62,709 bases of DNA. Source: Promethearchaeota archaeon (GTDB lineage Archaea; Asgardarchaeota; Lokiarchaeia; Sigyniarchaeales; SOKP01). The first letter of the stretch is position 1. Each line of letters opens with the position of its first letter. Positions 9,825-19,476 of this stretch are shown piece by piece. The DNA lies in assembly GCA_030667705.1 (NCBI GenBank), contig DAOUVJ010000002.1:1-62709 (forward strand), written 5' to 3'. The notes under the pieces were generated by a model, which was not told the origin of the DNA, did no database searches, and saw nothing but the letters and a program-made list of their open reading frames with translations. Both the position numbers and the translations under genes were made by a program.

Positions 9825-10319
9825 TTAAACCGTTACAGTCTCGTACTCTAAAATCTCTTTCATTCTTTTTCTCAATTCAGGACGAATAGCTGACATCCCA
9901 TACGTCTTTAAACCCCCCAACTTTTTTTGAACTTCTTTGGCAGTAAGAGCACCAGGGAGATCTTGTTTATTAGCAATAGCAATTATCTTCGTGCCAATAG
10001 TCCGTACAAACCTGTCATATATTGCTTTTGTTTTTTCCACACTTTTGTCTGTCGAATCACATACTAAAACAGCTAAACCTGCTCCTCTTAAAAAATCTTG
10101 CCACATGAATTTAAATCGTTTTTGACCAGCTAAATCCCAAATTGAGCAGTTTTTGCCATTTAAAGAGGAATCTTCAACCTCAAGACCTACTGTAGGGACG
10201 CGTTTCTCTGATATCTCTCGTCCTTGAAGGAGAGATAATAGAGAGGTCTTTCCTACGCCACCTTCACCAATCAAACAAATCTTCGACTTTGTTGTGAGAA
10301 CTTTTACCAACCCTTCCAA
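9825..10319 (-). CDS. Arf-like small GTPase
   Basis: G1 is GEGGVGKTS, switch I is VPTVGLEV, G3 is WDLAGQ, G4 is NKQDLPGAL (Arf-type) and G5 is SAI. The start is TTG. There is no N-terminal Gly. Confidence 0.75.
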   Translation of the reverse strand: MEGLVKVLTTKSKICLIGEGGVGKTSLLSLLQGREISEKRVPTVGLEVEDSSLNGKNCSIWDLAGQKRFKFMWQDFLRGAGLAVLVCDSTDKSVEKTKAIYDRFVRTIGTKIIAIANKQDLPGALTAKEVQKKLGGLKTYGMSAIRPELRKRMKEILEYETVTV

Positions 10320-10561
10320 GTTGAAATTGTCGTTAACTAGAAAAGGAAGTTCAATCTACTAAAATTGAAATAATATTCAAATGTCACGAGGATGTTATGA
10401 TTCCTTAATTAGTAGTTCGCCACATTTCCGACATGAAAATTCATCTAAAAATAAAAAAAATCTTTACTCAAACGCCTTCTTCTTCTTAAAAAGATTGAAA
10501 AGTACAAAAAATTGAAAATAGAAATTATAAAAATAGGGAAATAAAAAAATAATTTAAATCT

Positions 10562-11890
10562 TTATTCTGTTTTTACTACATCCTTAACAATGCCGACTTC
10601 TAAATCTTTAACAATGCCGACGCAGACCGTTCTACCCATATCTCGCACAGCAAATCGTCCCATCTCTGGAAAATCTTCATATTTTTCAATACAAAGTTTC
10701 TTAATGGGTTGTAGTTTTACGATTGCAGCTTCGTTTCTTTTTATAAATTTGGGCGAATCTTCTATAACGGCCCCTGTTTTTTGATCAAGCTTCTTAATTA
10801 GTTCTACGAACTTTGCTGCTACTTGAGCGGTATGAGTGTGGATAACGGGAGTATAACCTTGAGCTAGGGCTGTTGGATGCCAAATTACAATAACTTGTCC
10901 AATCCAATGACCGTTAGGAGTGACGACGGTGGGTGGATCCTTAGGATGACCCATGCAATCTCCTCTGCTAACATCACTTAGTTCAATCCCTCTAATGCTG
11001 AATCCAATATTGTCTCCTGGTATTGCTTCGTCAATTTCCTCGTGATGCATCTCTATGCTTCGGATTTCACCTACGAATCCGGTTGGTTGAATTATGATCT
11101 TATCATTCTTCTTCAACACTCCAGATTCTACCTTTCCAACGGGTACTACACCAGTACCTTTGATTCGATATGCATCTTGAATGGGAACGCGCAATGGCTT
11201 ACCGGTAGGCTTATCTGGAATCACAAAACCATCAATAGCTTCAATTAGGGTAGGTCCTGTATACCAAGGCAAGTTAGGTGAAGCTTCAATAAGGTTTTCA
11301 GCTTTAATTCCGCTTACTGGAACGAAGTGGATTTTTTTTACGGGAAAACCTATGTTTCTGAGCAATTCCGAGATTGCAGCCACGCATTCTTTATATCGTT
11401 CTTCTTTATACTCATATACATCTGCCTTATTTATGGCAACAACCAGTTGTTTAACGCCCAAAGTCTGAGCTAAGTATGCATGCTCTCTGGTCTGACCATT
11501 GGCCGCAATTCCTACTTCCATTTCTCCTTTCTTTCCCGAAACTACAAGAATGGCGGCATCAGCTTGAGACGCACCAGTGATCATGTTCTTTACGAAGTCA
11601 GCATGCCCTGGAGCATCAATGATGGTAAAGTACTTTGAATTGGTTTCGAACTTTCGGAATGCTAAGTCAATTGTAATACCACGTTGTCGCTCTTCTTTTA
11701 GTCGGTCGAAGACATAAGCATATGACCAAGATTCTCGATCGTATTCTTTTGCTAGCTTTTCGAGCTCACGGGCTTCTCTGTCTGAAATAGCTCCCGTTTT
11801 AATGAGCATTGCACCCATCATAGTGCTCTTTCCGTGATCTATGTGACCGATTATTACGAGGTTCAAGTGCGGTTTTTCTTTTCTTGACAT
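10562..11890 (-). CDS. tuf: Translation elongation factor 1-alpha
   Basis: Contains GHIDHGKST, DAPGH and NKAD motifs and is full-length EF-1alpha-like. I prefer the ATG at 11890 (MSRKEKPHLN) over the TTG at 11899. Confidence 0.95.
   Translation of the reverse strand: MSRKEKPHLNLVIIGHIDHGKSTMMGAMLIKTGAISDREARELEKLAKEYDRESWSYAYVFDRLKEERQRGITIDLAFRKFETNSKYFTIIDAPGHADFVKNMITGASQADAAILVVSGKKGEMEVGIAANGQTREHAYLAQTLGVKQLVVAINKADVYEYKEERYKECVAAISELLRNIGFPVKKIHFVPVSGIKAENLIEASPNLPWYTGPTLIEAIDGFVIPDKPTGKPLRVPIQDAYRIKGTGVVPVGKVESGVLKKNDKIIIQPTGFVGEIRSIEMHHEEIDEAIPGDNIGFSIRGIELSDVSRGDCMGHPKDPPTVVTPNGHWIGQVIVIWHPTALAQGYTPVIHTHTAQVAAKFVELIKKLDQKTGAVIEDSPKFIKRNEAAIVKLQPIKKLCIEKYEDFPEMGRFAVRDMGRTVCVGIVKDLEVGIVKDVVKTE
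10583..10630 (-). repeat. 24-nt imperfect tandem duplication at the 3' end of tuf
   Basis: cttaacaatgccgac (10583-10597) recurs as tttaacaatgccgac (10607-10621). The protein therefore ends CVGIVKDLEVGIVKDVVKTE. Confidence 0.7.
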
Positions 11891-12111
11891 TTCAATCAAT
11901 TTCCTTTATTTTAATTTCAAAACCATATTTAAGAGTAATTAAAAGTAATTCTGCAATATAGTTTGAATAATCATCTTAATGATATTAATTATTTATTTTT
12001 TACTATAATTTAGTCCAAGATATTAGGGAAACTACTGGGAAATCCTTGAATTTTCTCAATCACATTTCTCAATATGAATAAATAATATAATGATTTATGT
12101 TTCAGGTCAAT

Positions 12112-12549
12112 TTAAAGCAGATCTTCAATTAGTTCATCTTGATTTTCTTTTAATAATGCGAAAATTTCATTTATTTCCTTCATGAAATTAATACAATCTC
12201 CATTTTCATCAATAATTTCTGATTGTACTTTTTTCTTGAGAAATTTCGTGAATATGATTTCTAAAACGCGTGAGTTTAATCTTGTTTCTTTAAGAAAATC
12301 TAATAGGTGATGCATGTAAAAAGCCTTAACATACAATTTCTCATTGCTATATTGTTTCTCTATATCTTTTTTATAAAAAAACTTCAACTGCCTTGAAGCG
12401 TTGCTCTCTTCCTCATCAACATTATTTCGAGCTTCTTTAGAAAAAGCCCATTCTGTTCCATAATCTATATTTTGATTGACGTAATTTGCGATCAAGCGAT
12501 CTATTTTTGCCTTATCCGTCCATTTGCTATGTATGACCCAATTTGGCAT
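12112..12549 (-). CDS. Hypothetical protein (145 aa, predicted helical)
   Basis: A clean ORF with an ATG start. I recognise no family. Confidence 0.4.
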   Translation of the reverse strand: MPNWVIHSKWTDKAKIDRLIANYVNQNIDYGTEWAFSKEARNNVDEEESNASRQLKFFYKKDIEKQYSNEKLYVKAFYMHHLLDFLKETRLNSRVLEIIFTKFLKKKVQSEIIDENGDCINFMKEINEIFALLKENQDELIEDLL

Positions 12550-12719
12550 TTTTTCTTGGAATATCTTGTATTTTTACGTGTTATGTGATGTAAAATTGAT
12601 ATAAAATAATAAATTTTAAGGCATGAAAGCCAAAAATAAAAAACGATATCTGCTTATAAATATTAAATTACATGATTTACAATAATAAAATAATAAACTC
12701 ATACTATCATTGATTCCCC

Positions 12720-13544
12720 ATGGTTAGAAATAAAACACCTTTTCCAAAAGAAGGAGATTTTATCATTGGTCGAGCAGTTAATGTTGAGCAACAATATATT
12801 TATGTGGATTTAGCGGACTATAAAGGTTTACCTTCGGAGAAATTTGCTCAAGGGATGATTCATATCAGTGAAATTTCTAGTCGTTGGATAAAGAACATTA
12901 GAAATTTTGTTAGGATTGGTCAAGTTATTGTTTGTCGAGTTTTAAAGGTGGATCCTTCAAAAGGACACATTGATCTTTCACTTAGAAGGGTGAATTCCGC
13001 GCAGAAAAAGAAAGTCGCAAAAGAAAGGAAATACGCTGTAAAATTTGACAACCTCCTGCAATTCTTAATTGAAACTGAAGGAGTAAGCATGACATTAGAT
13101 GAATCATGGGAGCAAATTGGATGGCCTTTATTAGATAATTATAAATTTTATCAAGAAACTATTGAAACTCTGAAAGAAAATGGAGAAGAAATCCTTACTG
13201 AACTAACAGATATTCCTGAGGATATCAAGAAAATATTCTTACAAATTGTAGATGAAAATGTGGAAATTACAACTGTAAGAATATCTGGAAAAATCAAACT
13301 GGTAAACAGGCAAGGCGATGGAATTGATCGAATTAAAGATACTCTGAAAAGTGTCGTGGGTATTGTAGAAGATCCTCGAGATACGAGAAAACTCGATATT
13401 ACTTACCTTGGAGCACCATATTATCGAATGGACGTGATATCTAAGGATTATCTTGATGCAGAAGGCATTATTTCGGATGTCATGGACGCATTAGAAGCAA
13501 AGTCTGTGGAACATGAGGGGTTATTTGAATTCATTAGAGACTAA
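12720..13544 (+). CDS. eif2a: Translation initiation factor aIF2 alpha subunit
   Basis: The N-terminal S1 domain (PKEGDFIIG...HISEIS..WIKNIR..V..GQ..VC.VL.VD..KG.IDLSLRRV) is followed by helical and alpha-beta domains. It is paired with nop10 as in other archaea. Confidence 0.9.
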   Translation: MVRNKTPFPKEGDFIIGRAVNVEQQYIYVDLADYKGLPSEKFAQGMIHISEISSRWIKNIRNFVRIGQVIVCRVLKVDPSKGHIDLSLRRVNSAQKKKVAKERKYAVKFDNLLQFLIETEGVSMTLDESWEQIGWPLLDNYKFYQETIETLKENGEEILTELTDIPEDIKKIFLQIVDENVEITTVRISGKIKLVNRQGDGIDRIKDTLKSVVGIVEDPRDTRKLDITYLGAPYYRMDVISKDYLDAEGIISDVMDALEAKSVEHEGLFEFIRD

Positions 13545-13561
13545 AAACAGAATTGATTATC

Positions 13562-13753
13562 GTGGTTAAATATCTATTAAAATGTAAGGAATGTAATCAG
13601 TATGGTCTTAATAATTCAGAGTCAAAATGCTCGAATTGTGGGGGTCAACTTTTAAATCCAAGACCGCCAAAATACTCACCTATTGATAAGTATGGAAAAT
13701 ATCGGCGTGAATATTTTAAGGAAGATTTTAAAAAGAGATTTGAGCAAAATTAA
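13562..13753 (+). CDS. nop10: H/ACA RNP protein Nop10
   Basis: Has a CKEC...CSNCGG zinc ribbon followed by PPKYSPIDKYGKYRR. The probable start is the GTG at 13562; the track uses the TTG at 13553. Confidence 0.85.
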   Translation: MVKYLLKCKECNQYGLNNSESKCSNCGGQLLNPRPPKYSPIDKYGKYRREYFKEDFKKRFEQN

Positions 13754-14406
13754 GATAACTCTATTTTTTCAGCGAATTTTTCATTTATTAAGATGATCGC
13801 ATTTTTATGGGGTAAATTAATGACGTCTTCCTTCTCGAAAGGACCGTAAGTTTTTAAGTCAACTCCAACTAGGGGAGGCGTGTTCTTCACCATCCGAACG
13901 AGAGTGTATTGATAGTCAGTTTCTTCTTGTAGATGTGTTGATTTTTTTGGTATTGTTAATTCAGGAACAGGAACATTCAAAATATCTTTTTTTAATATCG
14001 GTTTGGCGATTACTTCAGAGATTAATTCTTCCGGTGGTTTTTCCAAGAGAGATACGGTCTTGGATTTATTATAACCCTTGAATGAGCCTACAAGATTTTG
14101 ATAAAAAAATTTTTCATGTTCGATCAGATGATTTAGATTAATTTCTTCCAAAGCCATGGCTGAATTAATTATTTTTAGCTTCCTAATCTGCATGAAATCA
14201 TCAAAGAGGTAATTAAAATTATCACGATATTCTTTTATAATTCGTATTTTTATAGGATCATTGTCAATGAGATTAAAATTATTAATTTGAGACTTACTCT
14301 CTTGAAATCTAATATAATTTTCCTCAGAAAAATCAATGAGATTAACTTGTTCTAATTCAGTTATCCATTGATTATAAAGGTCCTCATATTCCTTTTTAAA
14401 ATTCAT
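13750..14406 (-). CDS. GINS subunit (Gins51/Gins15-like)
   Basis: A helical N-domain is followed by a small C-terminal beta domain (YTLVRMVKNTPPLVGVDLKTYGPFEKEDVINLP). It lies directly downstream of priS, the known archaeal linkage. Confidence 0.5.
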   Translation of the reverse strand: MNFKKEYEDLYNQWITELEQVNLIDFSEENYIRFQESKSQINNFNLIDNDPIKIRIIKEYRDNFNYLFDDFMQIRKLKIINSAMALEEINLNHLIEHEKFFYQNLVGSFKGYNKSKTVSLLEKPPEELISEVIAKPILKKDILNVPVPELTIPKKSTHLQEETDYQYTLVRMVKNTPPLVGVDLKTYGPFEKEDVINLPHKNAIILINEKFAEKIELS

Positions 14407-14469
14407 TTAAATCTTATCTACTCTAATATATAAAACAAGTTGACATGTAATTAATTTTTAACTTAATAA

Positions 14470-15747
14470 TTAAACAATTTTTGCAACACCTTTACACAAT
14501 AGGAATACGGCTACGTGATGGGGAACTTCAATTTTTTCGCCCCGTTCATAATCGCCATACGTTTCTCCTTTAATTTTTGTTGCAGGAACTTTAACATCAG
14601 TTATTTCCAATTTTTGAGTAATTTGTTTCTTACTTTTAAATACAATTGGGTCAATTAATTCATTACTTTCATCTAATGGGTTGAATTCATCAAGTTGATT
14701 ATATTCAAGTTCTTGAACTTTAAACCCTGTTTTTCCATGTAATGTCCCGGGATATCTAATAAGTCTATGAATATCTATTGAAACCGGTTCATCGATCTCT
14801 GCACCAACTTTCTTTACAACAGCTTTAAGTAATTTTTTCCATGTAGGTAAGCCAAAACCTTCTATTGACCATATACTCCGTTTTTTACTATTAATAATCT
14901 CTAAAAAATCTTCTCGATAATTTAGCAGACTATTAACTCGGAGTGCTGTTAAATTGCCCCAATGCGGATCACGTAAGAAATGTTCTATTTCAAGCCGATC
15001 CATGAGTAAAATCTCCTCAAGTTTAGCCATTATTTTGTTTGACCATCCTTTGTTATCTTTTAAGAGGCCAAAAATACTTGTCTTCTCATGTAAACCCAAA
15101 ATTTCAAATGAGATATTATGCCCCGTTAGATAATCAACTATTTCTCTTCTCTGATCACTCGTTAAAGTTCTAATTCTTGGATCAACTATCTTTAAATGAT
15201 ATCCCCGATGACCCGAGAATGCTATATTCATTTGTTCAACATTTAGTGCAAAATCAGGAATTAGAAAATTATCTATTAATTTAATGATTTCTTTTTTCGC
15301 AATATCTAAACATTTATCACATATCCAAGCAATTCTTGTTATTTTTAGCTTTTCGCATTTAGGACATTTTTCAATCATCCCTTTACCATTCGTTCCACAT
15401 TCCTTACAGTACCAGAGATCGTGATCGTTTTTACATTCAGTATAAAAATGATCAACATCAATATCTATTACAAAATCACAACCTTGATAGCCTTTATTTT
15501 CCATATCATTATTATCAGGTCGACTATAAAGGGAACCGCTTGAATAAGCATGCTTTGGACTTTTTTTAATAAGAAATTGCCTCAAATCATCAAGTTGAGC
15601 AAAACCTAAATGTCTTTGCATGAATTGGTTGTCCCATAGAAGAAATCCAAATTCTCTTCGATCTAGCATGCTTACAGCTGGAATATCCTCATTGGATTCT
15701 TGATAGTATGCTTGGAACAAATTCTTAAGAAAAATCTCATTATTCAT
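14470..15747 (-). CDS. priS: DNA primase small (catalytic) subunit PriS
   Basis: Has the DFVIDIDVD catalytic acidic motif, FSGHRGYH, and an inserted Cys-rich zinc module (CKEC..CPKC). The ATG at 15747 overlaps the priL stop by 8 nt (ATGAATAA). Confidence 0.9.
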   Translation of the reverse strand: MNNEIFLKNLFQAYYQESNEDIPAVSMLDRREFGFLLWDNQFMQRHLGFAQLDDLRQFLIKKSPKHAYSSGSLYSRPDNNDMENKGYQGCDFVIDIDVDHFYTECKNDHDLWYCKECGTNGKGMIEKCPKCEKLKITRIAWICDKCLDIAKKEIIKLIDNFLIPDFALNVEQMNIAFSGHRGYHLKIVDPRIRTLTSDQRREIVDYLTGHNISFEILGLHEKTSIFGLLKDNKGWSNKIMAKLEEILLMDRLEIEHFLRDPHWGNLTALRVNSLLNYREDFLEIINSKKRSIWSIEGFGLPTWKKLLKAVVKKVGAEIDEPVSIDIHRLIRYPGTLHGKTGFKVQELEYNQLDEFNPLDESNELIDPIVFKSKKQITQKLEITDVKVPATKIKGETYGDYERGEKIEVPHHVAVFLLCKGVAKIV

Positions 15748-16921
15748 TTTTAGTTTTAACCTCCTCTTTAGGTTTATGTTTACGGTATTGTTTAAATTGC
15801 ACGTAAAATAAGGGGTGTTGTATCTTTCTCTGAGAATCAAGTTTTTTAGAATAATAACCTTCTAAACATAACTTATCTTTATATTTCGTTGCCATGCAGA
15901 GACTATATGATTTTAAAGTAGAACAAGAGTGGGGTGAATATCCCTTCTTTTTCGCAAATTCGACTTGATATTCTGTTTTCTTTCTATTAAAATCTGGCAA
16001 TTTCGCAAACAAGTTAACAATCTCATCAATCGGAATTTCTAAAGAATGTAAAAAGAAGACAAGAAATAACCTTTCAATATGTGTTATGTTTTGACCTTCA
16101 TCGACTTTCATGAGAATATCTTCTACACAAGGAGGAAAACTCTCTTCTACTTTTTCTCCTTTTCTATACTTAATCTCAAAAGAATATTCAAATTCTTCTT
16201 TTTTCAATTCCCATTCGCCAAGAATTCTCTCGTTGAGCTCTTTAATTTCTTTTATTTCGAGAATTTTATTCTTAAAATCATCTAAACTAGAGAGGTCCTT
16301 CTCTTGTTCAATTATTAACTTTTTTCTTACAACCTCCTGTAAAAGGCGAGTTAAGTCTTTTTTTTCAATTAAAACATATCCTCCAATTAAAGCATTATGA
16401 ACCAGTTTTCGATAATCATCTCTTAAATTAGAAGCAAGCTTGAGATAATCAATGTAATGAATACTGAATTGTGTTTGAAGAACCTGTTTTCTATCCTTCT
16501 CAACAATTAATCCAAACGGAACTGCTTTATCATAATATTTGATTTCTAATTCCAAATCTTTACAGATAGAATATAAATTGAAATCATTATCCTCTCTAAT
16601 CAATTTATTATAAGTGTGTTTTGAATATAGGTTAGCAACTCTATTGGCAATTGGTATGCTATTATTTATATAAAGTAGAATTTTCAAAATTGTATAAAGA
16701 TAAACGTTTAACTCATCTGCTTTATAAGTTTTTATTTCTTCTATATTTTCAAAAGCTGTTTTAAATATATTAAAAATACGAGCTACTAATTCCCCATCTG
16801 GATATTCTGCTATTTTTTCCTTGATAAAATCTACCGGATCTTTTGATGCTATCTCAGAATAATGAATTTTCTTAGAAGGTAACCAAGGATAATGTTTTAC
16901 TAACTCATATGAGATGCTCAA
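15740..16921 (-). CDS. priL: DNA primase large subunit PriL
   Basis: Has C-terminal Fe-S cluster cysteines (PPCV ... HSCSTL..SLC...C). It is translationally coupled to priS. The start is TTG. Confidence 0.8.
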   Translation of the reverse strand: MSISYELVKHYPWLPSKKIHYSEIASKDPVDFIKEKIAEYPDGELVARIFNIFKTAFENIEEIKTYKADELNVYLYTILKILLYINNSIPIANRVANLYSKHTYNKLIREDNDFNLYSICKDLELEIKYYDKAVPFGLIVEKDRKQVLQTQFSIHYIDYLKLASNLRDDYRKLVHNALIGGYVLIEKKDLTRLLQEVVRKKLIIEQEKDLSSLDDFKNKILEIKEIKELNERILGEWELKKEEFEYSFEIKYRKGEKVEESFPPCVEDILMKVDEGQNITHIERLFLVFFLHSLEIPIDEIVNLFAKLPDFNRKKTEYQVEFAKKKGYSPHSCSTLKSYSLCMATKYKDKLCLEGYYSKKLDSQRKIQHPLFYVQFKQYRKHKPKEEVKTKNE

Positions 16922-17025
16922 ATCAACATCGACTCCTTTTGAATTGTTCCTTCATATTGGTGAGAAAAAATAAAGCAGTTAAATAAATTTAGACTAAATC
17001 GAATTTGTAAATAAATGATTTTGGT

Positions 17026-17838
17026 TTAAAAATCATCCATATCATCGTCATCGTCATCCTCTTCATGTTCGACTCTTGGTGCCAGAAATAGGGATAATAC
17101 ACAATCGTTTTCCAATTTAAAAATGATTTTTAGGGGAAAATCTGATTTTAAACCCATTTCTAAATTCAAGGTGATTGATGATATTTTCAGAATAGCTTTT
17201 AAGAAATCGAGACTGTAGGAACCCATGCAGGTCTCATTAATTTCACTAGAACGTAAATCTTCAAGGTCGAGATAATATTCCATTTCACCAATCGTTCCTA
17301 GTGAAGTGAACAAGAGACCTTCTCCTTCAGTAGCTTTTAAACTAAGTACTTCAGAGTAGATCTCCGCATCCTTTATAGCTTCTACTAAAAATGAAGGTTC
17401 TATTTCCCAATTTGAATTATAATCTATTTCATACAACCTATCTAATTGAAGATTTTCGATTTCATTTTCTGAGAGTGCTAAGCTAAAGGTACGCGTTAAT
17501 TTTTTATCTCCTTCAGTTTGGCGTTGTAATTTAATTTTAATTTTATTATCTTCTTCCTTGAATGTTATTTCAAGCGAATCATTTAAAGTACTTCTCTTGA
17601 GAATTTTATCTAAATCATCAATATTTAAATCAATATCCAATTTCTTATCGCAAGAATATGAATCGAAATCTTCATCTTTGATCTTAAGTTGTAGCAAACA
17701 AATACGACTATCATCAAACGCAAGTATAGTTAATCCCTTAGGTGTGACCTTGAACTTGGCTTCAGTGACAATACTTGCGAGAGTCTCAATAATAACTCTT
17801 AAGACCCGACTTTTATCTAATTTTAGCGAAAATGACAT
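17026..17838 (-). CDS. pcn: PCNA sliding clamp with a poly-acidic C-terminal tail
   Basis: At 270 aa it has a two-domain clamp-like sequence. The C-terminus is EHEEDDDDDDMDDF. It sits in the replisome cluster. Confidence 0.8.
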   Translation of the reverse strand: MSFSLKLDKSRVLRVIIETLASIVTEAKFKVTPKGLTILAFDDSRICLLQLKIKDEDFDSYSCDKKLDIDLNIDDLDKILKRSTLNDSLEITFKEEDNKIKIKLQRQTEGDKKLTRTFSLALSENEIENLQLDRLYEIDYNSNWEIEPSFLVEAIKDAEIYSEVLSLKATEGEGLLFTSLGTIGEMEYYLDLEDLRSSEINETCMGSYSLDFLKAILKISSITLNLEMGLKSDFPLKIIFKLENDCVLSLFLAPRVEHEEDDDDDDMDDF

Positions 17839-17996
17839 TATTTATACGTTCCTTTACTTTTTTCTACTTATTAAATATGTTTTAATGACAATATTTATAA
17901 AATTCGGTATTAGGTCTTTAATAATAGTTAGTATTTATTTCTGGAATAATTATTTATAGTCACCTTAAAATTATAAAATTATATATTTTATTTGAG

Positions 17997-18002
17997 AAGG
18001 AG
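17997..18002 (+). promoter_or_regulatory. Shine-Dalgarno-like AAGGAG, 6 nt upstream of the ATG at 18009
   Basis: The sequence reads aaggag-taaaaa-ATG. Confidence 0.45.
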
Positions 18003-18008
18003 TAAAAA

Positions 18009-18353
18009 ATGGAAGAAAATAGAGATAATCAAAAAATATCAGCAAAACATGTAATGATAAAAGATATAAAAAAGATGGAGATTGGTTCACAAGTACAAAT
18101 TATAGGATTTGTAAAAGGAAATATTGAAGAAGAAAATATTACACTTGACGATAGAACTGGAGAGATAACAATTAACATCCAAAAGCTCAAATTTCCATTC
18201 AAAATAGATGATCTTGTTAATGTATTTGCCATGGTTAAACCAACAATGGAAGGTGAGAAAAAATTAGAGGCAATTTTCTTCCAAGACATGTCTAACCTTA
18301 ATTTTGATCATTTCCAGAAATTATATAACATGAAAAAAGAATTAACCGAATAA
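18009..18353 (+). CDS. Small OB-fold protein (possibly an RPA small-subunit-like ssDNA-binding protein)
   Basis: At 114 aa it shows a beta-rich pattern (VQIIGFVKG...ITLDDRTGEITI...VNVFAMV). It is divergent from pcn. Confidence 0.35.
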   Translation: MEENRDNQKISAKHVMIKDIKKMEIGSQVQIIGFVKGNIEEENITLDDRTGEITINIQKLKFPFKIDDLVNVFAMVKPTMEGEKKLEAIFFQDMSNLNFDHFQKLYNMKKELTE

Positions 18354-18474
18354 TTTTAATCAAATAAGTTTTGTACTTCTATTTTATAACCATTTGAACC
18401 TTTTTGATGGAAAAGTTTTTTAGAGATCTAACTTTTGTTAATTTAATCTTCTTAACTAAATAAAGCTCTTTAAT

Positions 18475-18813
18475 ATGGTCAATTTTTGCCCTGAATGTTC
18501 TAGTCTTTTACGTAAAAAAAAATTTAATGGAAAATATGTACTATCTTGTCGTTGCGGATATGAAGAAAATAATACGCCAAATGAAGATGATTTGAAAAAA
18601 ACAATTGAGGAAAAGAAAAACGCGATAAGTCAGAATCTAATCGTAATAAAAGAAGAAGATAAAATATTTGTACACCCTATAGTTTCCAAATATTGTCCTA
18701 AATGCAACCATAATGAAGCAGAGGCTTGGCAAGAACAAACTAGAAGTGCGGATGAACCCAGTACCTCATTTTTTAAATGTAGAAAGTGTAAACGCACTTG
18801 GCGTGAGTATTAA
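18475..18813 (+). CDS. tfs: Transcription factor S (TFIIS/Rpb9-like)
   Basis: Has an N-terminal zinc ribbon (CPEC...CRC) and a C-terminal TFIIS-type ribbon containing QTRSADEP and CRKC. Confidence 0.85.
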   Translation: MVNFCPECSSLLRKKKFNGKYVLSCRCGYEENNTPNEDDLKKTIEEKKNAISQNLIVIKEEDKIFVHPIVSKYCPKCNHNEAEAWQEQTRSADEPSTSFFKCRKCKRTWREY

Positions 18814-18857
18814 AAAATTAATTCTTATTTTAGATATCACTCTTAGATACATGATTC

Positions 18858-18881
18858 TTCGTGAAAGGATTCTTTCACGAA
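18858..18881. terminator. Perfect 10-bp stem with a 4-nt loop, between convergent tfs and rps27e
   Basis: ttcgtgaaag-gatt-ctttcacgaa. Confidence 0.35.
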
Positions 18882-18972
18882 ATATTGGTTTAATTAATGA
18901 TTAGATCTAAATTGAATCAAATTAAACATTATCTTAGAAAGAAAATGACATGCTAACTTAACTGAAAAAAGG

Positions 18973-19179
18973 TTAAGAAAGAACTTCTAAAATCTTAGTT
19001 AAAATTCGTGCTTTTCCTCCAGTGGATTGTAAAAGTACTTTCCCACATACAAGGCATTCAACATCAGTAGCAGAGCATCCAAAAATAATCTGTTGATTTC
19101 CACAATTCAAACATTTAACTCTTAGAAATCTACTATTTGGTTGAGGTATTAAATCTTTTTCTCTTTTCTTCTTGGGCAT
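18973..19179 (-). CDS. rps27e: Ribosomal protein S27e (eS27)
   Basis: Has [29 protein letters not shown], a C4 zinc ribbon. It lies downstream of rpl44e, the usual archaeal pair. Confidence 0.9.
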   Translation of the reverse strand: MPKKKREKDLIPQPNSRFLRVKCLNCGNQQIIFGCSATDVECLVCGKVLLQSTGGKARILTKILEVLS

Positions 19180-19194
19180 GATTAAATGACAACT

Positions 19195-19476
19195 CTAAAC
19201 TTCTTGTAATTCAAATTTCTTTACTCGATAAGATTTAGAATACTGTTTCTTACCGCAATCAGGGCATTCTAATATGGGTAAGGCACGTTTATTTAACTTG
19301 GCATTTTTATGGAAGATTTCTTTTGGGAATGAACCATATCCTTTCTTTTTCCTTTCAACTCTCCTTCTTCCCTGATTTAACATGCGTTCCTTACCTTTCT
19401 TATACACCGTTACGTTATGCAGTTTATGTGCTCTGCACTTAGGACAATAACGGTTTATCGTTCTTGGATAGCGAAT
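19195..19476 (-). CDS. rpl44e: Ribosomal protein L44e (eL42); probable non-canonical ATT start
   Basis: RYPRTINRYCPKCRAHKLH...GYGS...CPDCGKK matches the family from residue 2 onward. The only canonical start is the TTG at 19527, which would add 17 unrelated residues. The sequence GAGAGG-attcat-ATT places an ATT at 19476. Confidence 0.85.
   Translation of the reverse strand: MRYPRTINRYCPKCRAHKLHNVTVYKKGKERMLNQGRRRVERKKKGYGSFPKEIFHKNAKLNKRALPILECPDCGKKQYSKSYRVKKFELQEV

Noticed and set aside
15748-15840. A 31-codon upstream extension of the priS ORF that overlaps priL.
   Set aside because: It lies inside the priL coding region in another frame. The ATG at 15747 gives a typical PriS N-terminus and a classic 8-nt stop/start overlap.
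16079-17959. Antisense ORFs of 68-133 aa opposite priL and pcn (16079-16285, 16110-16400, 17558-17959). Similar ones occur opposite tuf, rpoA1, the GH57 gene and others.
   Set aside because: Their products are S/F/L/I-rich and occur opposite well-supported conserved genes. This is the expected by-product of a stop-poor antisense frame.
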